DNA of 56,792 nt from Albidovulum sp. (GCA_049663365.1 JBATDH010000177.1:1-56792), one strand, 5' to 3'; positions 28,496-38,814 are shown, numbered from the stretch's first letter. The notes: generated by a model from the letters alone, not told the origin. Program-made: numbers and translations.

Positions 28496-30862
28496 ATGGG
28501 GCAAGAGAAACTCGCAACAGCAGAGTTGCCTCTGGACAGCTTCGTGGATGAACTTGATCCCGGCACGAAGTTGATGAATGGCCAGTACACTATTACCAGA
28601 TTTCTGAACAATGGCGGCTTTGGCATTACCTATCTTGCCAAAGACAGCCTTGATCGCGATGTGGTGATCAAGGAGTGTTTTCCCAATGCATTTTGCCGAC
28701 GCAGCCAGACATTGGTCGCTGCGCGTTCGCGGGCGCATCAGGGTGAACTTCGCTCGGTCGTGAAACTGTTCGTTCAAGAAGCGCGGAACCTCTCAAAGCT
28801 CATTCATCCCAACATCGTTGGTGTGCATCAGGTCTTTGAAGACAATGGAACCGCCTATATGGCGATTGACTATATCAAGGGGCGCGACCTGCTTCAGCTG
28901 ATCGAAGATGATAGCGTGTCGCTGCATCCTGAACATATCGTTCAAATGGCGAGAAAGATGATTTCGGCCGTTGGTTTCGTTCACGATCACAGCGTTTTGC
29001 ATCGTGATATTTCGCCCGACAACATCCTTTTGACGGATACGGGCGAACCGATCTTGATCGATTTTGGAGCTGCGCGCGAACAGGCTTCCAAGAAAAGCCG
29101 TGCCTTGACCGCGCTTCGCGTCGTGAAGGACGGGTATTCGCCCCAGGAATTCTACATCGCCGGTAGCGAACAAGGCCCATGGAGTGACCTCTACGCGCTC
29201 GCCGCTACATTCTACCACCTCATCTGTGGTGAAACGCCGGTCAATGGGCAATTGCGGCTGTCGGCATTGGCCCAGGGTCAGCCCGACCCTTACATTCCGT
29301 TGGCTGGCAGGATTGCCGGTTATCCCGACGGTTTCCTTGAGGCCGTCGACAAGGCGATGCAAACCTTGCCGCGCAATCGCGTGCAAACCGCGCAAGAGTG
29401 GTTGCAGATGCTTGACCACCCATCAGATACGCCTGTTGCCGTGGGCATAAAAGCTGCCATCGACGGCGAACCCGAGGTTGCCATCGCCCGGATGATTGCT
29501 TTGGTCAAAGATACTCCGGTTGCAAAAACGGTGGAAACGCCGGTCCAAGACATCGCGGCGGCCGAGGAAAAACCAGCGCTCGCGCCCGCAGTGAAACCAG
29601 AAATTGCACACCGCTTCGCTGAGCTTACGGTCCCCTTGGACCCGGAGCCCGACGATGACGCGGGCGAAATTGACGCGAATAGGGAAAACGATCCCGATCC
29701 GGATGCGATGACAGCTTCGGAAGTGGCAGTGAAGCCGGAAGAAAAGATTGTTCCCCATCGGCCGCCAAGGCCGGTCGCCGCCACGCGGCAGGCGCAGGGC
29801 CTAGCCAAGCCTGCCCCGGCCAAGCCCTTAAAGCCCGCCAAATCGCGCGGCTATCTCTCTACGGCGACGGCGATGCTGGTGGTGATTTCGGCGGGGATTG
29901 TCTCATTTACCTATTTGGGTATGCCTGAACCCATAGCCGAGCCAGACGCGCCGATCATTCAGAAAGCGTCGGACGGAGCGGTTTCAGTCGTACCGACAGG
30001 TTCGGAAGAGCTGTCGGCGACCGAACCGGCTCATGAAATCAAAGCACCCGACGAAGATGATCTGAATTCCGTTGCATCGGAAATCAGATCGTCGACGAAA
30101 GTCACCATCTCGCCCTTGCCACGGACTAAACCGATTCCAGCACAGCCAGAGCCGGAGCTTGCAGCCGAGCCTGCGGTAGAAGTTCCGCAGATAACGGCAC
30201 CGGTTGTGGCAGTGACCACTGTACCAGAGACAGCGATTGAAGTGCCCGCAAAGGTGACAATTTCGGCCAACCAGATCGGTTTCGCCAAATGGGATGTGAA
30301 ACTGCCCTTTGAGGAAAGCGGCTCCCTGCGCGACGGTGTGCAGGTGGCCGTTGTGACCCGCGTTCTTCCTGAGGCGAGCGGGTCAGGTGCCGAGGCCTGG
30401 CTAAAGCCTGGTACGGAGATATTTGCCGTCAATGGCTCCAACCTTTCGATGGGCGCATCTGCGGCGTCGGCGGCCCCGGTTGATCTGACAATTGATTACG
30501 ACGGGTCAGCCCGTGTGACTTTCCAATACAGAAATCCGGGCGATGAAAAACTCGCCGAAGGTTTCATTTCATCCCAAGCCGTCCGGCGAGTTGGTTTGGC
30601 CAATGGCACGGATTTTGCCATCAAGGTCATTGACGGAAAATGGCAGACAATCGTGACATCGACAGCAGAAGATGCGGTTGGCGGCTTACGCCCAGGCGAC
30701 GTTCTTTTTCGGGACATCGGGCAGGATACGCTCGTCAATGCCCCGGACTCGCTTGAAAAAATCGTGACGGTCGCGGCTGGAAACAAGGCGACTGAGATAG
30801 AGTTCAGTCTGCTTAGAAACAATACGATGACTACGGTGATGATGCCGCTGGTGTCTGAATAA
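28496..30862 (+). CDS. Hanks-type Ser/Thr protein kinase with TM helix and periplasmic PDZ-like region
   Basis: GGFGITY, VIKE, HRDISPDN, DFG, GYSPQE, SDLYAL; TM AMLVVISAGIVSFTYLGM; LKPGTEIFAVNG and GLRPGDVL. Confidence 0.92.
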   Translation: MGQEKLATAELPLDSFVDELDPGTKLMNGQYTITRFLNNGGFGITYLAKDSLDRDVVIKECFPNAFCRRSQTLVAARSRAHQGELRSVVKLFVQEARNLSKLIHPNIVGVHQVFEDNGTAYMAIDYIKGRDLLQLIEDDSVSLHPEHIVQMARKMISAVGFVHDHSVLHRDISPDNILLTDTGEPILIDFGAAREQASKKSRALTALRVVKDGYSPQEFYIAGSEQGPWSDLYALAATFYHLICGETPVNGQLRLSALAQGQPDPYIPLAGRIAGYPDGFLEAVDKAMQTLPRNRVQTAQEWLQMLDHPSDTPVAVGIKAAIDGEPEVAIARMIALVKDTPVAKTVETPVQDIAAAEEKPALAPAVKPEIAHRFAELTVPLDPEPDDDAGEIDANRENDPDPDAMTASEVAVKPEEKIVPHRPPRPVAATRQAQGLAKPAPAKPLKPAKSRGYLSTATAMLVVISAGIVSFTYLGMPEPIAEPDAPIIQKASDGAVSVVPTGSEELSATEPAHEIKAPDEDDLNSVASEIRSSTKVTISPLPRTKPIPAQPEPELAAEPAVEVPQITAPVVAVTTVPETAIEVPAKVTISANQIGFAKWDVKLPFEESGSLRDGVQVAVVTRVLPEASGSGAEAWLKPGTEIFAVNGSNLSMGASAASAAPVDLTIDYDGSARVTFQYRNPGDEKLAEGFISSQAVRRVGLANGTDFAIKVIDGKWQTIVTSTAEDAVGGLRPGDVLFRDIGQDTLVNAPDSLEKIVTVAAGNKATEIEFSLLRNNTMTTVMMPLVSE

Positions 30863-30973
30863 CGAGTGTTGGGCAGTACCAAAAAACACCAAACAGGCCT
30901 GGTGGGCTTGAATTGAAATGTGACAAGGCCTGGGAAACGCAACTGCGCAGGCAACAAAGCAAAAGGTGAAGCC

Positions 30974-32026
30974 GTGACAAATCATAATAGCCCTTTGGCA
31001 CGTTGGACAGCCAGCAAGCATACGACTGATGCCATTGGTGGTACTGCCGAGCGCGCGCCTGAAAAGCGCAAATTCATTTCGCCGCTTAGCCTGTTCGCCA
31101 GACGTCAGCAGGCGATCCCGCCCGTGGCCCAGGCACCCGGTCTTGATGAAAACGACACCGCCAATAGCCGCGATGCCGAACCGTCGCTGTCGGATCTGAT
31201 GTCCAAGATCAGCGCACCCGAAGCGATTGCCGAGGCACCGCTGTTGCTGGAAACTGACGCTGATGAAGATGACTTCTCATCCGACTTGCAATTCGTTGAA
31301 CTTGAGGATGACCTGGATATGAGACCGGTCGATGCGGACATCTTGACGGATGTTGCCGAGCAGTCTGAAAAATCCAATGTTGCCGAAGAGGATGTCTGGG
31401 TTGCAGAATCGGATTCTGACCTTGAGTCAGAGGAAACGCCCGATCAGGCAGAAACGGCGGCTTTGGCGAACGAGGCTGACCCTGCGCCTGTGGCTGTGGC
31501 GGTTGAGCCGGCGCCTGCCGTCGAAGAAATTCAAGACGTTCCCACACCTGTGGTTGCGCCGCCGCCGGCGCGTAACACCAGCCGTGTCAAGACAACCTTC
31601 CTGGGCTTTGAACGCTCGGATGGGCGCATTGAGGATGTGTTCGATCGGGCGCGCGACTCTGTTTCCGCCGAACGCATCATGTTCCCTGTCGGTTGGATGG
31701 TTGTCGTTGATGGGCCCGGTCGTGGCACCAGCTTTACGTTGCTGGCCGGTGTTTCGCAGATTGGCCGGGGCGAAGATCAGGCTGTGCAGCTCAATTTCGG
31801 TGATAACGGCATTTCGCGCAGCAATCATGCGGCGATCGCCTATGACGATGAAGAGCGCAAATTCTATCTTGGCCATGGCGGCAAGTCGAACATTGTCCGG
31901 CTTAACGGCAAGCCCGTTCTGAGCACGGAGCCGCTTGGAAATGGTGATCGTATCCGCATCGGTGAAACGACGCTGAGCTTTGTCGCCTTCTGTGGCGCGG
32001 ATTTCAACTGGTCGGCTGACAACTGA
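30974..32026 (+). CDS. FHA-domain protein with acidic N-terminal region
   Basis: PVGWMVVVDGPGRG; FHA motifs IGRG, ISRSNH, KSN, GDRIRIG; GTG start after AAAGGTG. Confidence 0.9.
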   Translation: MTNHNSPLARWTASKHTTDAIGGTAERAPEKRKFISPLSLFARRQQAIPPVAQAPGLDENDTANSRDAEPSLSDLMSKISAPEAIAEAPLLLETDADEDDFSSDLQFVELEDDLDMRPVDADILTDVAEQSEKSNVAEEDVWVAESDSDLESEETPDQAETAALANEADPAPVAVAVEPAPAVEEIQDVPTPVVAPPPARNTSRVKTTFLGFERSDGRIEDVFDRARDSVSAERIMFPVGWMVVVDGPGRGTSFTLLAGVSQIGRGEDQAVQLNFGDNGISRSNHAAIAYDDEERKFYLGHGGKSNIVRLNGKPVLSTEPLGNGDRIRIGETTLSFVAFCGADFNWSADN

Positions 32027-32037
32027 AAGAGGGGCGG

Positions 32038-32805
32038 ATGATGTACGATATTGCCGCAGCCGCCAGCAAGGGTCGGCGCGACTATCAGGAAGACGCGGTT
32101 GCGATCGACTTTCAGGAACATGACGGTCCCGGATTCGTCGTTCTTGCAGATGGCATGGGCGGCCATGAGGCGGGCGACGTCGCCAGCCGGATCGTGGTGT
32201 CCGAGTTCGCCGATATTCTGAAGGAACGCCTTTATGACAAACCCTATGAGGTTTCCGGCATCCCGGAAATTCTCAAACAGGCGACCATCGCCGCCAATGC
32301 GTCGATTGCATCCTATGTGGCGCGAAATCGGGATGTGGCTGGGATGGGCACCACGCTCCTGGCACCGGTCCTGGCCAACGACCACCTTTACTGGATATCG
32401 GTCGGCGATTCGCCTTTGTTCTTGTTCGATGGCGAAAATCTGCGCCAAGTGAACGAGGATCATTCGCTGGCCCCGCAGATCGACCTGATGGTCAAATCGG
32501 GCATGATGGATGCAGAAGCCGCGCGCCAGCATCCTGACCGGAATTGTCTGACATCGGTGCTGATGGGCACCGAAATCGCCAAGATTGACTATAACAAGCC
32601 ACCTGTCGAACTGCGGCCCGGCAATATCGTCATCGTGTCAAGCGATGGCTTGCAGTTCCTGAGCAACGAAGAGATTCAGGACATTGTCAAGAAACACCGT
32701 GATTCCAGAAGCAGCGAATTGGTTGATGCCTTGATGCAGGCGGTGGAAGACCTTGGTGATCCCGATCAGGACAATATTTCCTTTGCGGTCATCAAGGTGA
32801 AGTAG
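32038..32805 (+). CDS. PP2C-family Ser/Thr phosphatase
   Basis: RDYQED, ADGMGGH, GTT, VGDS, DHS, SDGL, QDNIS. Confidence 0.94.
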   Translation: MMYDIAAAASKGRRDYQEDAVAIDFQEHDGPGFVVLADGMGGHEAGDVASRIVVSEFADILKERLYDKPYEVSGIPEILKQATIAANASIASYVARNRDVAGMGTTLLAPVLANDHLYWISVGDSPLFLFDGENLRQVNEDHSLAPQIDLMVKSGMMDAEAARQHPDRNCLTSVLMGTEIAKIDYNKPPVELRPGNIVIVSSDGLQFLSNEEIQDIVKKHRDSRSSELVDALMQAVEDLGDPDQDNISFAVIKVK

Positions 32806-32997
32806 CCAGGGGTTGTTGTCGGCCCTTTCGGTCAGGCAAGAACCTCGGACAGAACCATTCGCCCGAAATGCCACTGCCATTGACGTAGCATCGGGCTGCG
32901 GTCGCCCTAGGCGTAACCCGCATTTTCTCCTCCCGTCTCTTGCCTTGATGCGGGCTTTCGATCAAGGTTCGTCAAAACTGACCCGGAGGAAACCACA

Positions 32998-34125
32998 ATG
33001 AAAACCCGCGCCGCCGTCGCCGTTGCCGCAGGCAAACCGCTCGAGATCATGGAGGTAAACCTCGATGGTCCAAAGGCGGGCGAGGTTCTGGTGGAAATCA
33101 AGGCCACCGGCATCTGCCATACCGATGAATTCACTCTCTCGGGTGCCGACCCGGAGGGGCTTTTCCCGGCGATCCTTGGCCATGAAGGGGCGGGCGTGGT
33201 GGTCGATGTCGGTCCCGGTGTGACCAGCCTGAAAAAGGGTGATCATGTCATTCCACTTTACACGCCGGAATGCCGGACCTGCCCGTCCTGCCTTTCACAA
33301 AAGACCAACCTCTGCACCTCGATCCGTGCGACGCAGGGGCAGGGGGTCATGCCCGACGGGACCAGCCGGTTTTCAACCCTCGATGGCGACCCGATCCTGC
33401 ATTACATGGGCTGCTCGACATTTTCGAATTACACGGTGCTGCCCGAGATTGCGCTGGCCAAGGTCCGCGAAGACGCGCCCTTCGACAAGATCTGCTATAT
33501 CGGCTGCGGGGTCACGACAGGGATCGGCGCGGTCATCAACACCGCCAAGGTGGAAATCGGCGCCAAGGCGGTTGTGTTCGGTTTGGGCGGGATCGGGCTT
33601 AACGTGATCCAGGGGCTGCGGCTGGCAGGCGCCGACATGATCATCGGCGTCGATCTCAATAACGACAAGAAGGCCTGGGGCGAGAAATTCGGCATGACCC
33701 ATTTCGTCAATCCGAAGGATTGCGAAAACGTCGTGCAGGAAATCGTCAACCTGACGAAAACCCCCTTCGACCAGATCGGCGGGGCGGATTATTCATTCGA
33801 CTGCACCGGCAATGTGAAAGTGATGCGCGATGCGCTGGAATGCACCCATAGGGGTTGGGGCCAGTCGATCATTATTGGTGTGGCTCCGGCTGGTGCGGTG
33901 ATCGAAACCCGGCCTTTCCAGCTTGTCACCGGGCGGGTCTGGAAAGGCACGGCTTTCGGCGGTGCGCGGGGGCGGACGGATGTGCCGAAGATTGTCGATT
34001 GGTATATGGAAGGCAAAATCCTGATCGACCCGATGATCACCCATACATTGAAGCTCGACGAGATCAACAAGGGTTTCGATCTGATGCATGCCGGGGAATC
34101 CATCCGCTCGGTCGTGCTTTACTGA
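32998..34125 (+). CDS. frmA: S-(hydroxymethyl)glutathione dehydrogenase / class III alcohol dehydrogenase
   Basis: GICHTD, GHEGAG, structural Zn CRTCPSC...[20 protein letters not shown]. Confidence 0.95.
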   Translation: MKTRAAVAVAAGKPLEIMEVNLDGPKAGEVLVEIKATGICHTDEFTLSGADPEGLFPAILGHEGAGVVVDVGPGVTSLKKGDHVIPLYTPECRTCPSCLSQKTNLCTSIRATQGQGVMPDGTSRFSTLDGDPILHYMGCSTFSNYTVLPEIALAKVREDAPFDKICYIGCGVTTGIGAVINTAKVEIGAKAVVFGLGGIGLNVIQGLRLAGADMIIGVDLNNDKKAWGEKFGMTHFVNPKDCENVVQEIVNLTKTPFDQIGGADYSFDCTGNVKVMRDALECTHRGWGQSIIIGVAPAGAVIETRPFQLVTGRVWKGTAFGGARGRTDVPKIVDWYMEGKILIDPMITHTLKLDEINKGFDLMHAGESIRSVVLY

Positions 34126-34177
34126 GAGGGCTCGGCTTTAATCTGGTCGCCTGATTTGTGGCGACGTGATTTTGCTT

Positions 34178-34771
34178 CTATGCCAAAGGGTCCTCCAGAA
34201 AAGCGTAGGACTCGCGGTTCACATCCCCGCTCCACCGCCAGAGGGCCAGCATCCCGTCGCGTCCGGTGCGGAAAGCGTGGGGCATCAGGCTCGGGTGGTG
34301 GATCATGTCGCCGGGACCGCGCTGCCGAATGTCATCGCCCGCCGTCCACAAGGCATCGCCGCAGAGGATCACATAGGTTTCATCGGCGTCATGGTTGTGC
34401 AATGCGTAGTAGGTATCGGGTTTCTGGTAATAAAGGCCCAGCCGCAGATCGGGGGCCGGGATCGGGCCATCCGGACTCATCAGCACGGCAACCGCCGACA
34501 TCGCCGCCGCATCGGGGCTGAGCGGTTGGGCGATACTGTTGCCCGCCCAGGGGATGAACTGCTGCGCCGCAAGGATCGCCGCTGCTGCCGGATGGTCCGA
34601 ACGCGCCAGAAGGGCGCGCAGGTCTGCGTCGACCTCGCACGGTGTCTGGGATGGAAAGGCACCGGCTTCAGTTGTCAGCGTTTCGGCAGACCGATCTGCG
34701 GCCTCTCGACCCTCGGCGCGGTAAATCGCGGCCAGATGCGCCAGCATTTCGTCCATTTCGGGTGACGGCAT
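34178..34771 (-). CDS. DddQ-like cupin (DMSP-lyase family)
   Basis: Cupin motif 1 YALHNHDADETY; motif 2 HHPSLMPHAF; LMSPDGP and LALWRWSG family features. Confidence 0.75.
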   Translation of the reverse strand: MPSPEMDEMLAHLAAIYRAEGREAADRSAETLTTEAGAFPSQTPCEVDADLRALLARSDHPAAAAILAAQQFIPWAGNSIAQPLSPDAAAMSAVAVLMSPDGPIPAPDLRLGLYYQKPDTYYALHNHDADETYVILCGDALWTAGDDIRQRGPGDMIHHPSLMPHAFRTGRDGMLALWRWSGDVNRESYAFLEDPLA

Positions 34772-34904
34772 CCGGGGGGTCCCTCATGTCGGTGTGCAAC
34801 AGGTTCAACCTTGCGCCTAAAATGCCGGATAGCTGCACCAATCACGACCACCCGGCGTCGTTTTCAATAATGAGTTGTGGCATTGCTGGGTCGTTGCCAC
34901 TGGG

Positions 34905-36500
34905 TCAGCTTATCTCAAACCTAAGCGGGCGGACCTGCTGGAATTTACCTGTGGCCTTCAGGTTTTGCACGACAGCCGCCGGTATCACGGTATCAAGGCA
35001 AATAATCGCGATCGCGTCCGACCCAACACCGGTTCGCCCAAGGGTGAAGTTGGCGATGTTGACGCCGCTGTCCCCCAGCACCGTGCCCAGCGTGCCAATG
35101 ATGCCCGGCACGTCCTCATTGGTCGTGTAAAGCATGTGCTCGCCGATCTCGGCGTCGATATTGATGCCTTTGATCTGGATGAACCTTGGTTTGCCATCCG
35201 AAAACACTGTCCCGGCAATGGATCGTTCCCGGCGGTCGGTGACGACAGTCAGTTTCATGTAGCCGTCGAACACACCGGCCTTTTCCTGCCGCGTTGTGGC
35301 AATCTTCACGCCGCGTTCCTTGGCGATGATCGGGGCCGAGACCATGTTCACATCCGGGTTGGCGGCCTTCATGATCCCGGCGATGGCCGCACAATTCAGC
35401 GCCTCAAGATTCATGTGGCTGACAGTCCCGTCATAAAGCAGGTTGATCGCCTTGATCGGCTCGTCGGTCATCTGCCCCGAAAACGCGCCCAGATGCTGGG
35501 CAAGTTTAAGCCAGGGCCCCATGACGGCGGCCTCTTCTGCCGTCACTGACGGCATGTTCAGCGCATTCTGCACGGCCCCGGTCAGCAGGTAATCTGCCAT
35601 CTGCTCGGCCACCTGCAAGGCCACATTCTCCTGCGCCTCGGTCGTTGCCGCCCCAAGATGTGGGGTGACGACGACGTTTGGCAAATGGAACAGCGGGCTA
35701 TCGGTCGCTGGTTCCACTTCGAACACGTCAAAGGCGGCGCCCGCGACATGGCCTGATTTCAGCGCATCGGCCAAGGCATGTTCATCGACCAGCCCGCCAC
35801 GGGCGCAGTTGATGATGCGCACGCCCTTTCTGGTCTTGGCAATCGCCTCTGCCGACAGGATGTTTCGGGTCTTTTCGGTCAGCGGGACATGCAATGTGAT
35901 GAAATCGGCCCGCGCCAATAACTCGTCCAGCTCCACTTTGGTCACGCCCAGGGTCTTGGCGCGTTCTTCGCTCAGAAACGGATCATAGGCCACAACCTTC
36001 ATATGCAGGCCCAGCGCCCGGTTGCAGACGATGGCCCCGATATTGCCCGCGCCGATGACGCCAAGGGTCTTGTTGAACAGCTCCACTCCCATGAAGCGGT
36101 TCTTTTCCCATTTGCCCTCATGGGTAGAGGTGCTGGCCTCGGGCAATTGCCGGGCCACGGCGAACATCATGGCTATGGCGTGTTCGGCGGTGGTGACCGA
36201 ATTGCCGAAAGGCGTGTTCATCACAATCACGCCCTTTTTCGAGGCCGCCGGAATATCGACATTGTCAACGCCAATCCCGGCGCGGCCGATGACCTTGAGG
36301 TTGGTGGCTGCCGCCAGCAGTTTTTCCGTGGCCTTGGTGGCCGATCGGATGGCGAGACCATCATACTGGCCGATGATCTCCAGCAGCTTTTCCTTGTCCT
36401 TGCCCAGATCGGGCAGATAATCCACTTCCACTCCCCGGTCGCGGAAAATCTGAACGGCGGTTTCGGACAGCTTGTCGGATACGAGTACCTTGGGTGCCAT
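34905..36500 (-). CDS. serA: D-3-phosphoglycerate dehydrogenase
   Basis: MAPKVLVSD start with AGGAG RBS; GRAGIGVDN, GAGNIG, NCARGG, PHLGAAT; ACT domain. Confidence 0.96.
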   Translation of the reverse strand: MAPKVLVSDKLSETAVQIFRDRGVEVDYLPDLGKDKEKLLEIIGQYDGLAIRSATKATEKLLAAATNLKVIGRAGIGVDNVDIPAASKKGVIVMNTPFGNSVTTAEHAIAMMFAVARQLPEASTSTHEGKWEKNRFMGVELFNKTLGVIGAGNIGAIVCNRALGLHMKVVAYDPFLSEERAKTLGVTKVELDELLARADFITLHVPLTEKTRNILSAEAIAKTRKGVRIINCARGGLVDEHALADALKSGHVAGAAFDVFEVEPATDSPLFHLPNVVVTPHLGAATTEAQENVALQVAEQMADYLLTGAVQNALNMPSVTAEEAAVMGPWLKLAQHLGAFSGQMTDEPIKAINLLYDGTVSHMNLEALNCAAIAGIMKAANPDVNMVSAPIIAKERGVKIATTRQEKAGVFDGYMKLTVVTDRRERSIAGTVFSDGKPRFIQIKGINIDAEIGEHMLYTTNEDVPGIIGTLGTVLGDSGVNIANFTLGRTGVGSDAIAIICLDTVIPAAVVQNLKATGKFQQVRPLRFEIS

Positions 36501-36533
36501 GATGGGCTCCTGTCTTGGGGATTTGCGAAACGC

Positions 36534-36600
36534 AGTCCCGGACCTGATCCGGGACCTCAACGTCAATGTCCTGAAATGCCCCAGCGCAGGTCCGGGGCTT
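36534..36600. repeat. REP/RIME-like palindromic element between serC and serA
   Basis: GTCCCGGA-CCTGA-TCCGGGAC hairpin plus a degenerate second arm GCCCCAG...TCCGGGGC. Confidence 0.55.
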
Positions 36601-36607
36601 CGGCACC

Positions 36608-37765
36608 TCAGGCAGCCGCCTTCAGCGCCTCGATCTCGCAGGCATAAGCCCATTCGATCCAGGGCATCAGCGCCCTGACATCCGAGGTTTCCACCGTCGA
36701 GCCGCACCAGATGCGCAATCCCGGCGGCGCATCACGGTAACTGCCTGCATCCAGCGCCACCCCTTCCGCTTCCAGCCGCTTGGCCACGGCCTTGGCAAAA
36801 CTGGCGCCGTCAAAAATACGCGGATCGGTGAATTTCAGGCAAACCGACGTGGTCGATGCCGTCGCCGGATCAACCGCAAGATCGGCGATCCAGTCCTTGC
36901 CCGCGATAAAGTCGCGCACTGCGCCCGCATTGGCATTCGCCCGTGCGATCAGTCCCGGCAAGCCGCCAACAACCTGCGCCCATTTCAGCGCCACCAGATA
37001 ATCCTCGACGGCCAGCATCGAGGGGGTGTTGATCGTCTCGCCCCTGAAAATGCCTTCGATCAGCTTGCCGCCCTTGGTCAGGCGGAAAATCTTCGGCAGG
37101 GGCCAGGCCGGCGTGTAGCTTTCCAGCCGCGCCACCGCCCGTGGTGAAAGGATCAGCATCCCATGCCCGCCTTCACCGCCCAGAACCTTCTGCCAACTGA
37201 ACGTCACCACATCGAGCTTGTCCCAGGGCAGGTCCATCGCAAAGGCCGCCGAGGTCGCATCACAGATCGTCAGACCCGCTCGACCCGACGGAATTGCATC
37301 GCCATTGGGCAAGCGGACCCCGGACGTCGTGCCGTTCCAGGTAAAGGCCACATCGCGGTCAAAATCGACCGCAGCGAAATCGACGATCTCGCCGTATGGT
37401 GCCCTGCGCACCGTGGCGTCAATCTTCAGCTGCTTGACCACATCCGTCACCCAGCCCTCGCCGAAGGATTCCCAGGCCAGCATTTCAACCGGACGTGCCC
37501 CCAGAAGCGACCAGAGTGCCATTTCCACTGCCCCGGTATCCGACGCAGGCACGATGCCGATACGGTATCCGTCGGGCACGCCCAACACCTCGCGGGTCAG
37601 CTCAATGGCCTCGGCAAGTCTGGATTTCCCCACGCCAGCCCGATGCGACCGGCCCAAAGGCGCACCTGCCAGCATGTCCAGAGAATAACCGGGGATTTTG
37701 GCACAGGGGCCAGAGGAGAAACGCGGATTAACCGGCCGCGCAGCCGGGATCGTCGGTGTCGTCAT
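36608..37765 (-). CDS. serC: Phosphoserine aminotransferase (alphaproteobacterial type)
   Basis: [33 protein letters not shown] lysine FSWQK. Confidence 0.95.
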   Translation of the reverse strand: MTTPTIPAARPVNPRFSSGPCAKIPGYSLDMLAGAPLGRSHRAGVGKSRLAEAIELTREVLGVPDGYRIGIVPASDTGAVEMALWSLLGARPVEMLAWESFGEGWVTDVVKQLKIDATVRRAPYGEIVDFAAVDFDRDVAFTWNGTTSGVRLPNGDAIPSGRAGLTICDATSAAFAMDLPWDKLDVVTFSWQKVLGGEGGHGMLILSPRAVARLESYTPAWPLPKIFRLTKGGKLIEGIFRGETINTPSMLAVEDYLVALKWAQVVGGLPGLIARANANAGAVRDFIAGKDWIADLAVDPATASTTSVCLKFTDPRIFDGASFAKAVAKRLEAEGVALDAGSYRDAPPGLRIWCGSTVETSDVRALMPWIEWAYACEIEALKAAA

Positions 37766-37817
37766 CGTATCCTTCCAGATATCTGCCCTTCGTTGGGGAA
37801 GGGTGGCCCAACGCCGC
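37766..37817 (-). ncRNA. serC leader cis-regulatory RNA
   Basis: Minus strand GCGGCGTTGGGCCACCCTTCCCCAACGAAGGGCAGATATCTGGAAGGATACG-ATG: hairpin CCCTTC/GAAGGG and SD-sequestering TATCT-GGAA-GGATA; resembles the known alphaproteobacterial serC motif. Confidence 0.8.
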
Positions 37818-37916
37818 AAATACGCCTGCCCGTCATCTGGCGCAAGCGGGAAAATTGCTCTAAGCGGCGGTTGAGACCACAAAACCGACACCACATTCCT
37901 GCCAAGGGCCTGCCCG

Positions 37917-38789
37917 ATGTTTACCGCCACACTCCTTGCCAACCCCGTACGTGCCAATCTTGGTTGGGTGGCGGTGGAATCGCTGCGTGATGCCTGGGGC
38001 GGCGGTGAGGCACATTGGCTCAACCCCGGTATCGCCGCCGAATTCAGCCTTGCCGAAATCCCCGAAAACCGCTGGGACGTCTGGCAAGGCCTGCAAACTC
38101 TCGGGCATGATCTCGTGGTCCAACCCAGCGCTGGACGCCGGAAAAAAATGCTGCTCGCCGATATGGACAGCACCATGATCGGCCAGGAATGCATTGACGA
38201 GCTCGCTGACGTGGCGGGAAAGGGTCCCAGGGTTGCGGCCATCACCGCCCGCGCCATGAACGGAGAGCTGGATTTCGAGGCCGCTCTCATTGAACGCGTC
38301 GATCTCTTGCGCAATCTGCCCATCGCCGTTATCGCCCAGGTGCTGAAAGAGCGCATCACATATACCGTCGGCGGCCGAACCCTGATCGCGACGATGAAGG
38401 CCAATGGCGGCTATGCGGCGCTCGTTTCAGGCGGGTTTTCCGATTTCACTAGTGCTGTCGCCGCCCATCTGGGATTTGACGAACACCGCGCCAACACGCT
38501 TCTTGCCTCCTGCGGCAAACTGACCGGCGAGGTGGCCCGCCCGATCCTTGGCCGCGATGCCAAGATCGAAGCACTGGAAGAAATCAGCACCCGTCTCGGG
38601 ATCAACCCGGAAGATGCCATCGCCGTCGGCGACGGTGCCAATGACCTTGGGATGCTCCACCGCGCCGGAACCGGCGTCGCGCTTCACGCCAAACCCGCCG
38701 TTGCGGCTCAATGCGATATCCGCATCAACCACGGCGATCTGACAGCGCTGCTCTATATCCAAGGCTACTCTGTCGACCAATTCGCCTGA
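37917..38789 (+). CDS. serB: Phosphoserine phosphatase
   Basis: HAD motifs DMDST, VSGGF, K, GDGAND. Confidence 0.96.
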   Translation: MFTATLLANPVRANLGWVAVESLRDAWGGGEAHWLNPGIAAEFSLAEIPENRWDVWQGLQTLGHDLVVQPSAGRRKKMLLADMDSTMIGQECIDELADVAGKGPRVAAITARAMNGELDFEAALIERVDLLRNLPIAVIAQVLKERITYTVGGRTLIATMKANGGYAALVSGGFSDFTSAVAAHLGFDEHRANTLLASCGKLTGEVARPILGRDAKIEALEEISTRLGINPEDAIAVGDGANDLGMLHRAGTGVALHAKPAVAAQCDIRINHGDLTALLYIQGYSVDQFA

Positions 38790-38814
38790 ACCGGCATCTC
38801 GCGAACGCGATCTG

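Noticed and set aside
28496..32805. Type VI secretion PpkA/Fha/PppA module
   Set aside because: No tss, hcp or vgrG genes in the window, and the FHA domain is C-terminal, unlike TagH; action on a distant T6SS cannot be excluded
32943..32967. FNR/FnrL box upstream of frmA
   Set aside because: Half-site spacing is 11 bp rather than the required 4
14634..34771. Integrative or mobile element carrying the accessory block
   Set aside because: No integrase, transposase, tRNA or flanking direct repeat seen
36500..38404. N-terminal extensions of serA (to 36707) and serC (to 38404); similar extensions for pmbA, mutY, dnaA and ubiE
   Set aside because: They overlap neighbouring genes or leaders; family-typical starts lie downstream
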